52,086 nucleotides of DNA from Girardia tigrina (lineage: Eukaryota). A model generated the notes under the pieces. That model did no database searches and was not told where the DNA came from. It saw only the letters and a list, made by a program, of their open reading frames with translations. The position numbers were made by a program, and so were the translations under genes. Each line of letters begins with the position of its first letter. Positions within the stretch are counted from its first letter, which is position 1. The stretch covers positions 1 to 52,086 of the forward strand of contig MQRK01237347.1 of assembly GCA_001938485.1 (NCBI GenBank). Reading direction: 5' to 3'. Below are positions 13,339 through 25,869 of this stretch, one piece after another.

Positions 13339-14348
13339 AAAAATTTTTTTAAAAATACAAAATAAAACCAAAAAGCAGTCTGTATCTGTGTTTGATACTT
13401 ATCGTATAAAATTATACAGAAAGATAACATATACATGTCTTCACACAACTTCATAGACCTTTTGTCTGGAAAAATATAGAGAGGGTATGATAAAGGTTCA
13501 CAGCGTTTAGGATTAGTTTTCGAAATTTAAAAATGCAGATCACGGTTTAAATGTTCTTAGAGGACGCTTAAGGGAGACATATATTGAAGTATGTTACATA
13601 TATCCCACTATCAATGATATTCATTTGCATAAGCCTCACAAACATCCATAGTCTTTGGACAATTTCGAAGTTCTGGAACCAATGTCAATCGCTTAGGATT
13701 ATTATGAAATTGTCTATGGGCTTTATAAATATTACTAAGTGTCACTTCAACAACAAAAGTGTCATGCACCAATAAAAACAATTTTCGAAATGTTTTTACG
13801 GATTTTCCGCTTAATTTTAACGGAATGATAAAGACAACCTTTAGTAGGTTGGGAATTTTTTATTTTTTATCCAAATATTCCCAAAATTATTTTTGATACA
13901 ACCTTATGTAACTTAGATACTTTGCGAAATGAATTTGAATTTCTATTTAATATAATTCAATATTAAATTGTGATAATGATTTGCTTATCCTAAATTTTAG
14001 GATTTTATCCCGTGGATTATTTAATAAAATCTAGTTAATGAAATGCAATAAACATAAATAAAAGAAACATTAATTTTGAATATATTTATTTAATTTCAAT
14101 CTTTACTATTATTATTATTCATTACTTTCATATTATTATGAAAAAAAACTAAGGATATTTTAAATAATAAATAAATACAAATATAATACAATATATTAGT
14201 TTACTGTCAAATGGCTGGTAAACAAATTTGGTACAATATTTATCTGATAATTATCCAAACTAATAAAAAATATTTTTAGTCAAATTTAAAAAATTATTTT
14301 ATTTATTACAATACAATTTTAATATATAATAATAGGTTATAATATGGT

Positions 14349-14384
<36 letters not shown>

Positions 14385-14994
14385 AATATATTATATTACA
14401 TAAAATTATATATAATTTTTTAATTATTGATTTAATTTATATTTCATGAAATTATTCACTAAATAAAATTTATCATATCAATATTCATTTTCTGAAGAGA
14501 ATCTCACTCTTGCCGACTGCATATCATACAGCTTGCAATATACTTAGAATGAAAGATAATCAGTAAAACAAATGTACAGAATAGTTAAAATTCTTCAACA
14601 ATTTTATTCTTTCAAATTTATTTCTAGCAATAATATTTTTAACTAGAAGATTATATATGTAGATATACTTTTCTGTTATTGTTATATTATGACAATAATA
14701 TTAATAATATGATAACCAAAATTCAATAAATGTAATTGACGATTAATTTATATATTTGCCAAATACCACATTACATCGATTATTAAAACAAATTCTCAAT
14801 AATAATTAATCATGCTTTTTTAATTATTCACTTTAATATCACATTCCCCTCTTTGAAAATCATTTGTATACTAGTGTTGGGTTTCTCGTACTTCCATCGG
14901 TTCTTATCATATCTCTCTTTATCTTTTTTGTTCTGTTCTCGTGCATTTTTCTCAATGTTTTCGTGTATAATTTTTATCTTCCGTCTCATTTCAT

Positions 14995-15600
14995 TCACGT
15001 ATTCCTCTGTGCTGTGATATTCCGTGTCTGTGAAGGATTCTGGATAATTGAAATCGATCCGAAAAGTACTTCATATGGAGAGTACTTCGTCGTTTTTTGT
15101 TTTGTCGTTCGTATTCCCAGTTCTACGAACGGTAGTGCTTCACTCCAGTCTAAAATTTTTCTTTCTTCCATTACTGCACTGATCATAGGTTTTATAGTCT
15201 TAAACAATCTTTCTGTTAATCCATTACTTTGTTGGTAGTAAGGTGAGGTATGCGTTTTTTCGATTCCCAGTGCTCGGCAGTGTTCAACAAATAAATTCGC
15301 GGTAAAATTAGTACCCCTGTCGGAATGTATTCTTTCCATGATACCGAATTTGGATATCCAGTGGATCCATAATTTTTTAATCACCTCTGATGTCTATATC
15401 ATTAACTTCGAATGGTTTTTTGGTGACCGAGCTCCGCAACGGTGCTCTGATTCTTCCATTTATGTCTTTGTTTCAAATGCAAGGTGTGCACTTGCTCAGT
15501 GTTTCTTTTATGTCATTCGCCATTTTTGGCCAATAATGTTTTCTTGAGATAGTTTCGATAGTTTTTTCTAATCCTAGGGGCCCAATTTTTTTGTGGTGGT
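14995..15600 (-). pseudogene. Gypsy integrase, partial
   Basis: HHCC-domain remnant HKKIGPLGLEKTIETISRKHYWPKMANDIKETLSKCTPC, then core WISKFGIMERIHSDRGTNF...YYQQSNGLTERLFKTIK...SPYEVLFG. Confidence 0.92.
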
Positions 15601-15967
15601 TTCATATAATCTCCATTCTTTTATGTTTTGGAGATGTATCTTCTCACCTCGTCTTTGTTATTTTTTAGGTTTAGTAACTTCCTTAACCCCTCATCATTCT
15701 CCTACTCCTATTCGTTGTAGCTGCTGTCGCCGTGTATTTCATTGACGATTTTTTCCGAATACTCGCTACGAGTTTTGTCACTTGTGTTGTGCACCGAATG
15801 AAATTATTTTACATTTCTTTTTCTTTTTGGGTCTTCGTGTGAAATGGCGCAATTTTTTCCTTTCTTCTCATTGTGATTGTCTACTTGCATAGGCTTAATA
15901 AAATAGTCAGCACCACCCCACGTATTAATATTCTCTGATACGATAATTCTGTATAATTCAGTATTCT

Positions 15968-16028
15968 GAGTCTCTATCCGGCTGTATCCCGCATTCCGAC
16001 TCCTCAACGCGGACCCACTTAGTTTAAA
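15968..16028 (-). promoter_or_regulatory. Candidate -1 programmed ribosomal frameshift signal (slippery heptamer and pseudoknot)
   Basis: T TTA AAC immediately before the protease stop codon; then stem 1 CCGCGTT/AATGCGG, with loop GAGTC able to pair with downstream GACTC; the -1 frame stays open to 15804. Confidence 0.75.
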
Positions 16029-17470
16029 CTCTCTGCTGTGATCGTCTTCGAAATAAATGGTATCTTCCTATTCTGTATTTCAATACAGTCCTCTCCTGTA
16101 TTTACCTTTGTCTCATATTTCTTCATACTTCTCAATCCGATGAAAATATGTGGAAATATCTTTGGAATAATATTGAAAACATGAGCTGTAATATGTGGTC
16201 CGATTGTCACATTTATTTGAACTTTTCCTATGTACTCTTCCGTAGTACCATTTGCACATGTGATTTTAGTTCTTGAGTCGTAAATTTTTACTCCTGGATT
16301 CCGTTCTCGAATCTTATCAAACAACTCCTGGCGAATGACATTAAGATCACCACCTGTGTCAAACATAACCTTCACTGACATATTCGCTGTGTTGTACCGC
16401 AAGATTGATTTGTTTCTAGCTTTCTCTGGTCTAGATTTCGATATTAATTTAGGTTCGTATTTATATAAATTTTTTCTTGGATGTGCTCCGCGGTTGTTAA
16501 TGTAATTGCTATATGCTTCCTCCAACGTTGGCTTTTTGTTGAAAATCATCTTCGATTTTTCTTTACTACATCCCGATCCGTGAATAATCTTAATCTGTTT
16601 GTCTTCTGATACGACATTTTCCGTCTCCGGTGGCCCATCGCTCAAAATCTCTTCTTCTTCTTGGAAATATCTTAATCGTTTGATGCTACAATCTTAATGA
16701 ACGTGATTTGTCGATCCGCACCCTTAGCATTTTCGTTCCTTGCAGAATTTAGCGATATGTCCTATCTTCTTGCAGTTAAAACACGTTTTATTCTCCCATT
16801 AATATGGTTGTATGTCTTTAGTTGCGTATCTAGACTCGTATTGTTTGTATTGCGGTTTATTTCTTGTTCCCGCTATTATCGCCTTTAGTCGAATGATCTC
16901 GTTCTTCAGTTTCTCGTTTTCGAGTTTTAACTNNNNNNNNNNNNNNNNNNNNNNNNNNNNNNNNNNNNNNNNNNNNNNGTCATCGACGAGTCTTGTTGGC
17001 TCTTGTTCATCTTTGATAAGATCGATTGCTTCTTCAAGTGATTTTGGTTTAAAAAGACGGACGATCGTTGCCATTGTCCTATATGTCAAACCTTCCAAAA
17101 AAGGCTTCAATCATTATGTCTTCTTTCATTTCCTTTATTTACGGACTTCCAATGCGTATTCTTTTGGTATAGTCACTGATGCTTTCGTTTTTTGCTTGGG
17201 TAATTTGGAACAAAGGTCTAATGTTGCTTATTTTGGACTCTTTCTTCTCCAACATTTTTAAAAGTCGAGTATAGTCCTCGATATTCTCCGATTCGTGATT
17301 GTAGGATGGATCACTTTGAATTTCTTTGTTAATTTCCTCATCGAAATATTTCTTGAATAATTGCAATTCCTCCTTCCTTTCATTTTCACCGAATGTGAAT
17401 AACTTAACAAACTCTTGAACGTTTCTTACATGCTCCTTGATTGCAGTTGAACTTGCAGAATGTTTTTTGT
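16019..17470 (-). pseudogene. Gypsy gag-protease, disrupted
   Basis: Gag pieces (LFQITQAKNESISDYTKRI; FLEGL..KPKSLEEAIDLIKDE); zinc knuckles CFNCKKIGHIAKFC and C*GCGSTNHVH*DC near 16690-16785; aspartic protease VKVMFDTGGDLNVI in ORF 16019-16645. Confidence 0.9.
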
Positions 17471-17940
17471 AAACGAAAAGTTTTGTTTCTTTTTACCTAA
17501 AGAGAAATTCGTCCAAAAAATTATTTTACCTGCTCGTGACCTCATGTTATATTAGGACAATAATATTAATAATATGATAACCAATATTCAATAAATGTAA
17601 TTGACGATTAATTTATATATTTGCCAAATACCACATTACATCGATTATTAAAACAAATATTCAATTATAATTAATCATGCTTTTTTAATTATTCCTTTTA
17701 ATATCACAGTTATATAGTTCATAGTACTATCTCTGAGTTCAACTTACTTATTCTTCTGCAACTTTCATTACCAAAAACATGACTAAATGCTGTAAAGACT
17801 TACATTTTTTCCCGAATTTCAGTTATAACTGTTAAGAGAACTCACATATTTATAACAAAATTTATTGCTATCATAATTTGGATTATCTTTATGACAATCC
17901 GTATTAATACCTTCGCTGAAATTCATCTATCATTGTTTAC

Positions 17941-18282
17941 TACTTCTCATCCAAAATTTAAACTAACTTGAAAAATTATTTTATTTAAAGTATTTACTTT
18001 AAATTTCAATGATTAAAATAAAATTACTTTTAAAATTATTTAAAAACATTAATTTGATTTAATAATTTAAAAATGCACATAAATAAAATTATTTAAAATG
18101 CACAATAATAATAAATTAATAATTTGAATATTAAATCTAAATTTGAATAAATTAGTTTCAGATTATAAGAATTGAAATATTTATCATCTATTTGATTAGG
18201 AGAAACACAATCCCAAATCAACACATAACATTCAAACATTCAAACAATACACCAAACATCAACATTCCAAATATTCATCACA
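17941..18282. repeat. Solo terminal fragment of the long-TIR (Ginger-like) family
   Basis: Similar to 25550-25865 and to the reverse complement of 26870-27180; ends ...AATATTCATCACA. Confidence 0.75.
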
Positions 18283-20017
18283 ATAAGAATATTTTTCTTT
18301 TACAGAAGTCCTTCCGTTTCGGAATAATTTTAAAATCTGCTACCACAGTCACAGGAGTAAGCAAAAATTAACCATGTAATCATGGATATTCCTTTTTCGA
18401 TATTTTTTGATTACATTATTTGAAGGCAGGTCGAAAATTTCTAATATGATGTAAAAAAAAGAAATTGAAAATGAAAATTTTATTTTTTAATGTGATCTTG
18501 TACATTTATTGTACCATATAGGTAGTTTTTTTAAATAATATATTCATCTTTTATAAAATGGGAATCAACGTTATCTGAATCATCGCTTTTAAATTTCCTC
18601 CCATCTCAATTTGGACTTCAGATTTAAGAATAAGTTACAGTTGTTGGAAACAAATTTTGTACAGTAGGGTATATGAGATATTTCTTAAATACACATTCAT
18701 TCACAGCGGTCTTGATAACAACGCTTGTAAAGACTTTGGTGTTGTCATGGATGATATTAACATCAAATGTCAGGCTGGGAACCTGTGATTATAAGTTTGG
18801 TTCCTATTTTGCTTGTTCTTTGACTAAAACATGAGTTATTATTATTCTTTTACAAAAAGTAATTTGATTTTATTAAATCTCATGGTAACATTACTTTTAT
18901 GTTGACATATTCTATATTTTTATATGTTAATCAATTTATTATAGTATCTATTAAGTAAAGTCTATCGAATGTATTTTTTTAATAGATTCCTCAACTAATA
19001 AATAATAAGATAGTTAATTTGCTAAATGTAAAATATATATAATTAAACAATAACAATAATCCAATAAATGACAAAAGTAGTTTATTGTGTCTTCACAAAT
19101 TCACTTGTTTGAAATGTTTTGGTAGATGGCAAATATTTTAGCGATAATAGTAAGATAGAGTATGAAATTCTTTCGATTATATCGGAGTTTCAGAATATAG
19201 ATGGCAATGAATTCTTTTAAAAAATATTTGCCTGTAAAATTTATAATGTACTTGATATAGATAGATCGATAATAAAGACTTTCTTGATACACTCTCTAAG
19301 AGATGATTGAAACGGTCTTGGTTAAACTTCTGGCGTAGATTAAACTTTTGAAAAGTTTAGTTGAATTATTTGTGTGGTTATCGTTATTTGTCATTCGATT
19401 TAAACAATTCGCTTCTTTTAATTAACATTTTTTCTGGTATTTAATATAAATCTCGAATGTCAAAAATTTTCTGTGGGAATTTAAATCTGGATTTTCCAAA
19501 AATTTTTAATCTGAAGAAATTCGCCATACTCGCAAATATACAAGTAAGTAATATTAATATCGATTAAATATCGATAATATTAATATCATATATATTAAAT
19601 ATATGGTCCTAACAATATCTGATTACAATTAATTAACAGTACAACATCTCATAATGTGAGTCAAATTAAGTTTGAAGAATGTAAAACTAATCTTTCGAAA
19701 TAGAGGTAATGATACAAAACTTTACTGTATCGACAATGATGTAAATGTTTACTAATCTGTGTTCTGGGTTATCAGACAAAATTATAACTCAGAAGATCAG
19801 GGAAAAGACAAGTGAAGCGTTCTTGAATCATAAAAGTAACATTTTTTTAAGAATTTAAAAATTTTAGAAACATCATTTATTAAAATATTGACAATATTAG
19901 AATAGTGTAATTAACCTCCTATATGAGATTCTTCCTTACAGTAAAATCAAATCTTGTAATTCTAATCTTGTATAAAAAGTTAATTGTCAAAGGTGTCATA
20001 ATTGTTACTATGGAGAG

Positions 20018-20432
20018 CAGAAATCAACTGTGCGGCCAGTGGGCATACTTCTACGTAGTATCCCTGAGAAACTAGATTGGGTTCGATTCCGTCTCTAGGC
20101 TAAAGTGCCCGAAGCTAGCCTTTCATTGCGGAACAGCTGGAAATGTATCGTATTCAGGAATGGGCCAGCAATCCATTCACTAGGCTACGCTTTTACAATA
20201 TGGGTGTGAAGGCTGTGGGGAGTAGTGACCCCACTGTCGATGGTTGGATTGCATCTTCATGATCTGGGATGAATCAATCCCGGTGAAGGGTGTCGTAATG
20301 ACGTCGTTGCATCTTCGGACAGGCGGAACAAAGGCATGGATCCCAACATTGGGGGAGTGCCCGTTGAAAACCATCAGCGTCCCAGGCCTCCTATAAAGCC
20401 TCAGGCTTAATACTCGAAAGGAGTTGAGGTGC
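20018..20432 (+). mobile_element. Putative tRNA-derived SINE (~415 bp)
   Basis: GC-rich island; A-box-like TGCGGCCAGTGG (~20031), B-box GGTTCGATTCC (20080-20090); flanking direct repeat ACTATGGAGAG at 20007-20017 and 20433-20443. Confidence 0.7.
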
Positions 20433-20652
20433 ACTATGGAGAGACAAATAGCCATTTCAAAACCCTTCAAAAATATAAGATAGAATAATGTTATCATTTA
20501 AATAATTATATTTATAATATTATATTTAATGTACTATAAATTCGTGTGAAATGAAAATAATATCTTTTAAACTGATTTTTTCACTTTAAAAATTTTAAAT
20601 CAATGATTTTACTCAATAATATAATCTTTTTGAATTGATAAATGCTTTCCAG

Positions 20653-20838
20653 TTTCACTGGAAATGACAATTGGAACAAAATGTTGCTCTTCTCTCAACA
20701 ACATTCACTTGATGCTTCTACAAAACCTTTAAACGATGCCTCCAATCCGGGACTCATGTCATCAAACAGTCAACCCGTTATTATGACTCAAGGAATTAAT
20801 AAGCTTGATAGACATTTCAATACTGCTTCTCCATCGAG
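20653..20838 (+). CDS. dyb: Dystrobrevin exon (low-complexity linker)
   Basis: ttccag| phase-2 entry, open FTGNDNWNKMLLFSQQHSLDAST...HFNTASPS+AG |gttggt. Phase-compatible with both neighbours but has no conserved motif; a second donor GTAAGT lies at 20843. Confidence 0.7.
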
Positions 20839-21491
20839 GTTGGTAAGTTTCAAAGAACAAAAATACAAAAAATTGTTCAGTATAAATTAAATGTAAATTG
20901 TCAATATTTTGTTGTTTAGCAATTTCACAACCATTTTATGAATGTATTTGAAAAATTAACCTTTTTTTCTCTTTCCTCAGTTATGAATTTATTAAAATAT
21001 TTGTAGGACCCAAGATTCGTATTAAGTAGAGAGATAACGAGGAGTTCATAATGCACGAGTGTTTTCACTTATATTTTTACTAATTATTTTTTTATATTTA
21101 TATAATTATTAAATAGTTTTACTTACTTTAACACTTTACTAATTGGAGATTAGAAGATTTCGTGATAATTATTTTTTACTTTATTTTAATAAACTATTGC
21201 AATAATCATTTCAGCTTTCAAATACGAGACTTAAGATTCTATCTGTTGATTAAATACCTTGTTGTGAAAATAATTAAATATAATTATTTGAACATTTTAA
21301 AGAAAGTTTTTTTTACCGAATAACAAACTCAGAATCGCATTTTAATATTTTCTGTAATCTATGGTTTTGGTTATTTAGTTTTAGTTTCACAAAGATTTTT
21401 TCATTTGATTTAATATATGCATCACAATTTCAATACAAATGAGGTTTTTGTTAATGTTCAAATATAAAATGGAAACTTGAAATGTTTTGCT

Positions 21492-21532
<41 letters not shown>

Positions 21533-23807
21533 TTAATAACAGCCAATTTTCTGTTTTTGGATACTGTTTGTTTCTAAAAGAATATAATTTATATTATAAG
21601 ATAATCAAAAATAATGTTGAGCAACATTCAAAAAAATTTTATTACCATTCTATGTCTCATTTCTTCAATCATAAGAACAGTTTGTTAAATAAAATTACTA
21701 CTCTTTAGCTATAAATTCGAAATTTACACTGAAGAAATCTTGTTGAGACAAGTTTCGAGAAAAGGACAAACAATTGAACTACTTTGCCGGATTTATATAT
21801 TTTCTCCGTATATATCATTAATATATATATAATCACAGACATTTTGAACTCAAGAGCCTGATATTTTATATTTTTCTTTAACATTTCTAAAGTGGTTCAT
21901 TCAATCATTTAGTAATATTTATTTTAAAATAATATATTAATTTATTTTAAGAAAATAAATATTTTCAATCATTAATTGTTTTTAAAAAAATTTAGCTTTC
22001 GATCTCGTTTAAATTTAACATTTCCTTTACATAGAAAATTGATTTAAAGAACACTCAAAAATAAATAAAATGCAAATATTTATTATTATATTTTTATGAA
22101 TGTATTTCTAAAAATAAATTATTTTTAAATGATAAAACATTTTTTATTTTAATTTTTTTCACATTGTGTTTTATATAATTTAAAAATTATATTGAAAAAA
22201 ATAAAAAATAAATATTTAGCTTTTTTAGTAATACAAAAAATTTCAATTTTTTCTAAGTTTTAAATTAAAATCGATTTTTTTTCAGAAAGTAAAAAAATAT
22301 TTTTCAGATTTTTATTTTTATTGATTTAGAATAAAAAATATTTTTAAAAACAAATATTATTTTTTAACATGGATTTTTCCTCATTATTTTTATCGCCTTA
22401 TTTCCAGCAATCATCAGAAAATATTGAAAAGGTAAATGAATTTTATTGTTAAAAACGAATTTTATTTTCGCTTTTGTTATTTTTTATAAAATTTGTTTTT
22501 TATATTATGTCGCGCTTTTTTTGTTTTAAAACTTTTATTTTGTAAAAACAAATTAATATTTTTCCTATATATTATAGAAATTATATGAATGTCACTGTAG
22601 TTTTTTATTGATTTATTTCAATGTTTTGTATGTTTAAATTGATTTTTAATTTAATAAATAATAAAATTTGTTATTATTTCTTTTTTAAAAAATGCTTGAC
22701 TTATTTGCTTAATGTTGAGTAAAATAAAATAAAATTGTATTTGGTATTGAATATTATTTTGAGTAACCTCATTATATTTTAAACAGGAGAATCTCCTTTT
22801 ATTTTTATTAGTTGGTTGGTTCTCACTTGTCTCCATTTCATCGTGTCTCTAAGAGGGGAATTAAAAAATGTAAGTTGTTGAAGTATGAGTTAATTTTATT
22901 TCGAAAAAAATATAGGATTAAAACACATTTAAATATGTTATTCTCCATCTTTAAGACTTAAAAATAAGAATTAAGTTAAAAACTTGAATTGTTTTTTTTA
23001 ATTTAAGCAGTTTTCTCGATTTGTTTTTAATAAGTTTTTTGCGTTTTTAAATATTTGCATATTTCCTTTTATAAAATAAACTTCTTTGAATTAAAATATT
23101 CATCTTTTTTAGGAATTTGTGTGATTAATTCGTCTATCAAAATCAAAAAGAATATCCCCTATATCATAAAAAGTTCAACCTCCAAATTTGGTCAAAAATG
23201 AGGAACGCCAAAACAGAGTTGTTAACATCTCCATTTTCATTTTCTCCAGTTTCATATTCCAATAAAGTCTTACTTTCACTATAGGTAATCAAAAAAATCA
23301 TTTTGCACCGAAACCTCTTGAATATCTGCTTTAAAATCTTAAAATTTTAAGAGAGTTTCCATTGACTTTTAATAGATTGGTTCTAAAAGTGGCCTAAATG
23401 AGAAGTTAACCAAATCTAGAGATTAGACTGTATCTACGAGATACATTTTTGGGTTTGTTTTGTTTTTGTCGAATTTTCCGGCAAAAGTTTCTGAATGTGA
23501 CTTATTCGAATTTAACTTTGATAAGTTAAATAGCATTTTCAATTCATTTTATTTATAATTAAAATATGATTTAATTTTGCAATTATTTTTTAAAATTCCT
23601 AATAAATTTCTGAACATAGAAATGATAAGAAAGAGACTTTAAGGCTGTTTTTTGTTGTGGGACTTATTGCCATATCCATCAGCTTTTTGGAAAATTAATT
23701 TTTTACTTATATATTCAATACGAAAATTCTAGCTGAAATTTGTAAAAGTCTTTGTTCCAAAGGTTTCATGTAATATTTAAAATGTTATTGAATTCTTCGA
23801 TTAAATA

Positions 23808-25865
23808 TTTGAGGAATATTTTGAATGTTTGATGTTTTGTGTGTTTGAATGTTTTATGTTGATATGGAAATGTGTCTCTCCTACCTAGATGGATGATTAA
23901 TATTTGAATTCTTATTATTTAAAAATATATAATGTTTATATTTATTTCTAATTTAGAATGATTGTAAAATTTTAAATAAGTTAATTAATTTAATTTAAAA
24001 ATTTAAAATTATTAAATTGAATTAATATTTTTTAAATAATTAATAATCATTTAAATTTTAACCAATAAAATTTTGAATTAATATTTTAATATATTTCATT
24101 TAATTCTCCATTTGCTAAGAATATTAGATTAAAGTGATTAATCAATTAGTTAGAATGCAATCATACGGAAGTTTTGACAAACAATGTCTTGAAGACGATC
24201 AAACGTGTTATGTAATTAAAAATATTAAAAGTCAAATTGCTGTTCTTAATAAAATAGAAGCATTTATTTTCACTATCTGTTTTTGTGGTAGTTTGAATCA
24301 TACTTAGTCATTAAAACTTTTTTAAAAGAAACACTAAACTTATAAAATTGTAAAAATAAGTTCACAAAAAAGAAAACTGTTATTTGCATTTATCCTTTTT
24401 AATACAATCTCAATTTAAATTTCTGGTTTTTTAATTTTTGTTTTCGTTACGTCATCTTTTTTTACTCTTAAAGGTGGTTTTTTCATTTGTTTAATCATTC
24501 TCAAGCCACATTTAGAACTTCAAGTTGACCCGTTGAATGGATCCAAAGTTCTTAAGTTAATTTCTCCAAATTAAACTTTTACAAGGCGATTCTAATTACC
24601 GATTTTTGTGTTACCTTATTTATTTTTTATAAAAGAAATGTACAATAATCCCTTGTTTCGTTAGTTGAGTTTTTATGACCAAAGTTAAAGACGGCCTTGG
24701 TAAACAATATTTTAGTTCCAGTTAAATTTTGTTAAAAAGAAATAGTTTTAGCAAAGTGGAGCGTTGTTTCCAAGAACGGTAACCGCCGCACGGGGTTTTT
24801 ATAATTTTTAATGATGCATGTATGCATTTTATTTATTTTTGAAAAGTAATTTTGTTAAAACCTTTTTAAAGAAATTGATTATTGGACATGTTTTGAAGTT
24901 TCATTTATATGAAGTTATATTTATATGTTAGTTTTTAAAAATTTATGTTTTCATGTAAAATATTTACAACATCTGAAAGCTTATGTGAGAACAAATATAA
25001 AAATGGTTTAGTTCACAGAGTTTGAAATGTGTCTTCAATTTTGAAAACTGCAGGTCATGAATTTAAAATTGTTAGAAGATGGTTGAAGGACATATTCATT
25101 AGAGAAATAGTCAGAATCTCATCGAATCAATCAGAGCATAGCAACCAAATCAGCAACTCGATTGATAATGTGGACGAAAATACCAAAGATATTCCGGAAA
25201 TTCAAAGTCATTTAGATTCGAAACCTCATAATATCTCGACGGTGGTCAAACAAATGACCAGTGCAGAAGAAACACATCTCTCTTTTAGATTCACAGACTT
25301 ATCTGCGAGAGAAAAGTTTAGAAGTTTTTTTTGTGGGGATTGAAGCGATCGGACCCAATATTGGGCCTTTAGTGGGGTTGTTAAATAATCTTTAGTTTGA
25401 TGGGATCTTCCACGCCTAAAGATTTAATACTATTAAGAATACAAATTTGACTTTTTATATTTTTATTTAAACCACAATTTTGATTGTCCTTAAGACAATC
25501 GTTGTCAAAACTTTCGTACATTTACATTCTAAACGAAATTGATTAATGAATTAATTCTCATTATTTTTTTAGCAAATGGGGAAATAAATATTTTATTAAA
25601 ATATTTACTCAAAACTGGATAATAATTAAAATGATTATCAATTATTTAAAAAATATTAATTTAATTTATTTATTAAATATTATAAAAATTAATTAACTTA
25701 TTTAAAATTTTAAAATTATTTGAAATTAAAAATAAATTTAAACATTACATATTTTCAGATAATAAGAATTAAAATATTAATCATCCATCTGGGTAGGAGA
25801 GACACATTTCCAAATCAACATACACATTTAAACACAAAACATCAAACATTCAAATATTCCTCACA
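23808..25865. mobile_element. Non-autonomous DNA transposon with ~440-bp imperfect TIRs (Ginger-like)
   Basis: 23808-~24250 is an imperfect reverse complement of ~25435-25865; termini T(G/T)TGAGG...CCTCACA; 4-bp TSD AATA at 23804-23807 and 25866-25869. Confidence 0.75.
25030..25435 (+). mobile_element. Degraded 3' fragment of the same LINE family as 41190-42685
   Basis: ISTVVKQMTSAEETHLSFRFTDLSAREKFRSFFCG aligns to ISTAVEEAIGTEETHLTFRIADLTERGEFKCPFRG (ORF 42313-42678). Confidence 0.8.
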
Positions 25866-25869
25866 AATA

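Larger units (their letters stand above)
14680..17708 (-). mobile_element. Ty3/Gypsy LTR retrotransposon, internally deleted (gag, protease and integrase retained; RT/RNase H absent)
   Basis: 164-bp TG..CA LTRs at 14680-14843 and 17545-17708 (about 7 mismatches counted by eye); 5-bp TSD GTTAT at 14675-14679 and 17709-17713; polypurine tract at 14844-14853; PBS at 17528-17544. Confidence 0.96.

Noticed and set aside
13380-13900. Coding-like composition here and at 190-480, 18580-18830 and 19080-19520
   Set aside because: Probably old TE debris, but I could not recover a convincing motif in any frame.
14864-15547. Plus-strand hydrophobic ORFs (also 16812-17261, 48955-49287 and other short AT-rich ORFs)
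   Set aside because: Antisense shadows of the Gypsy or dystrobrevin coding strands, or chance ORFs in AT-rich DNA.
18306-18356. Exon-like segment (ttttacag|...GGA|gtaagc)
   Set aside because: Open only in phase 0/0; in the phase-2 frame required by the flanking dystrobrevin exons it hits TAA.
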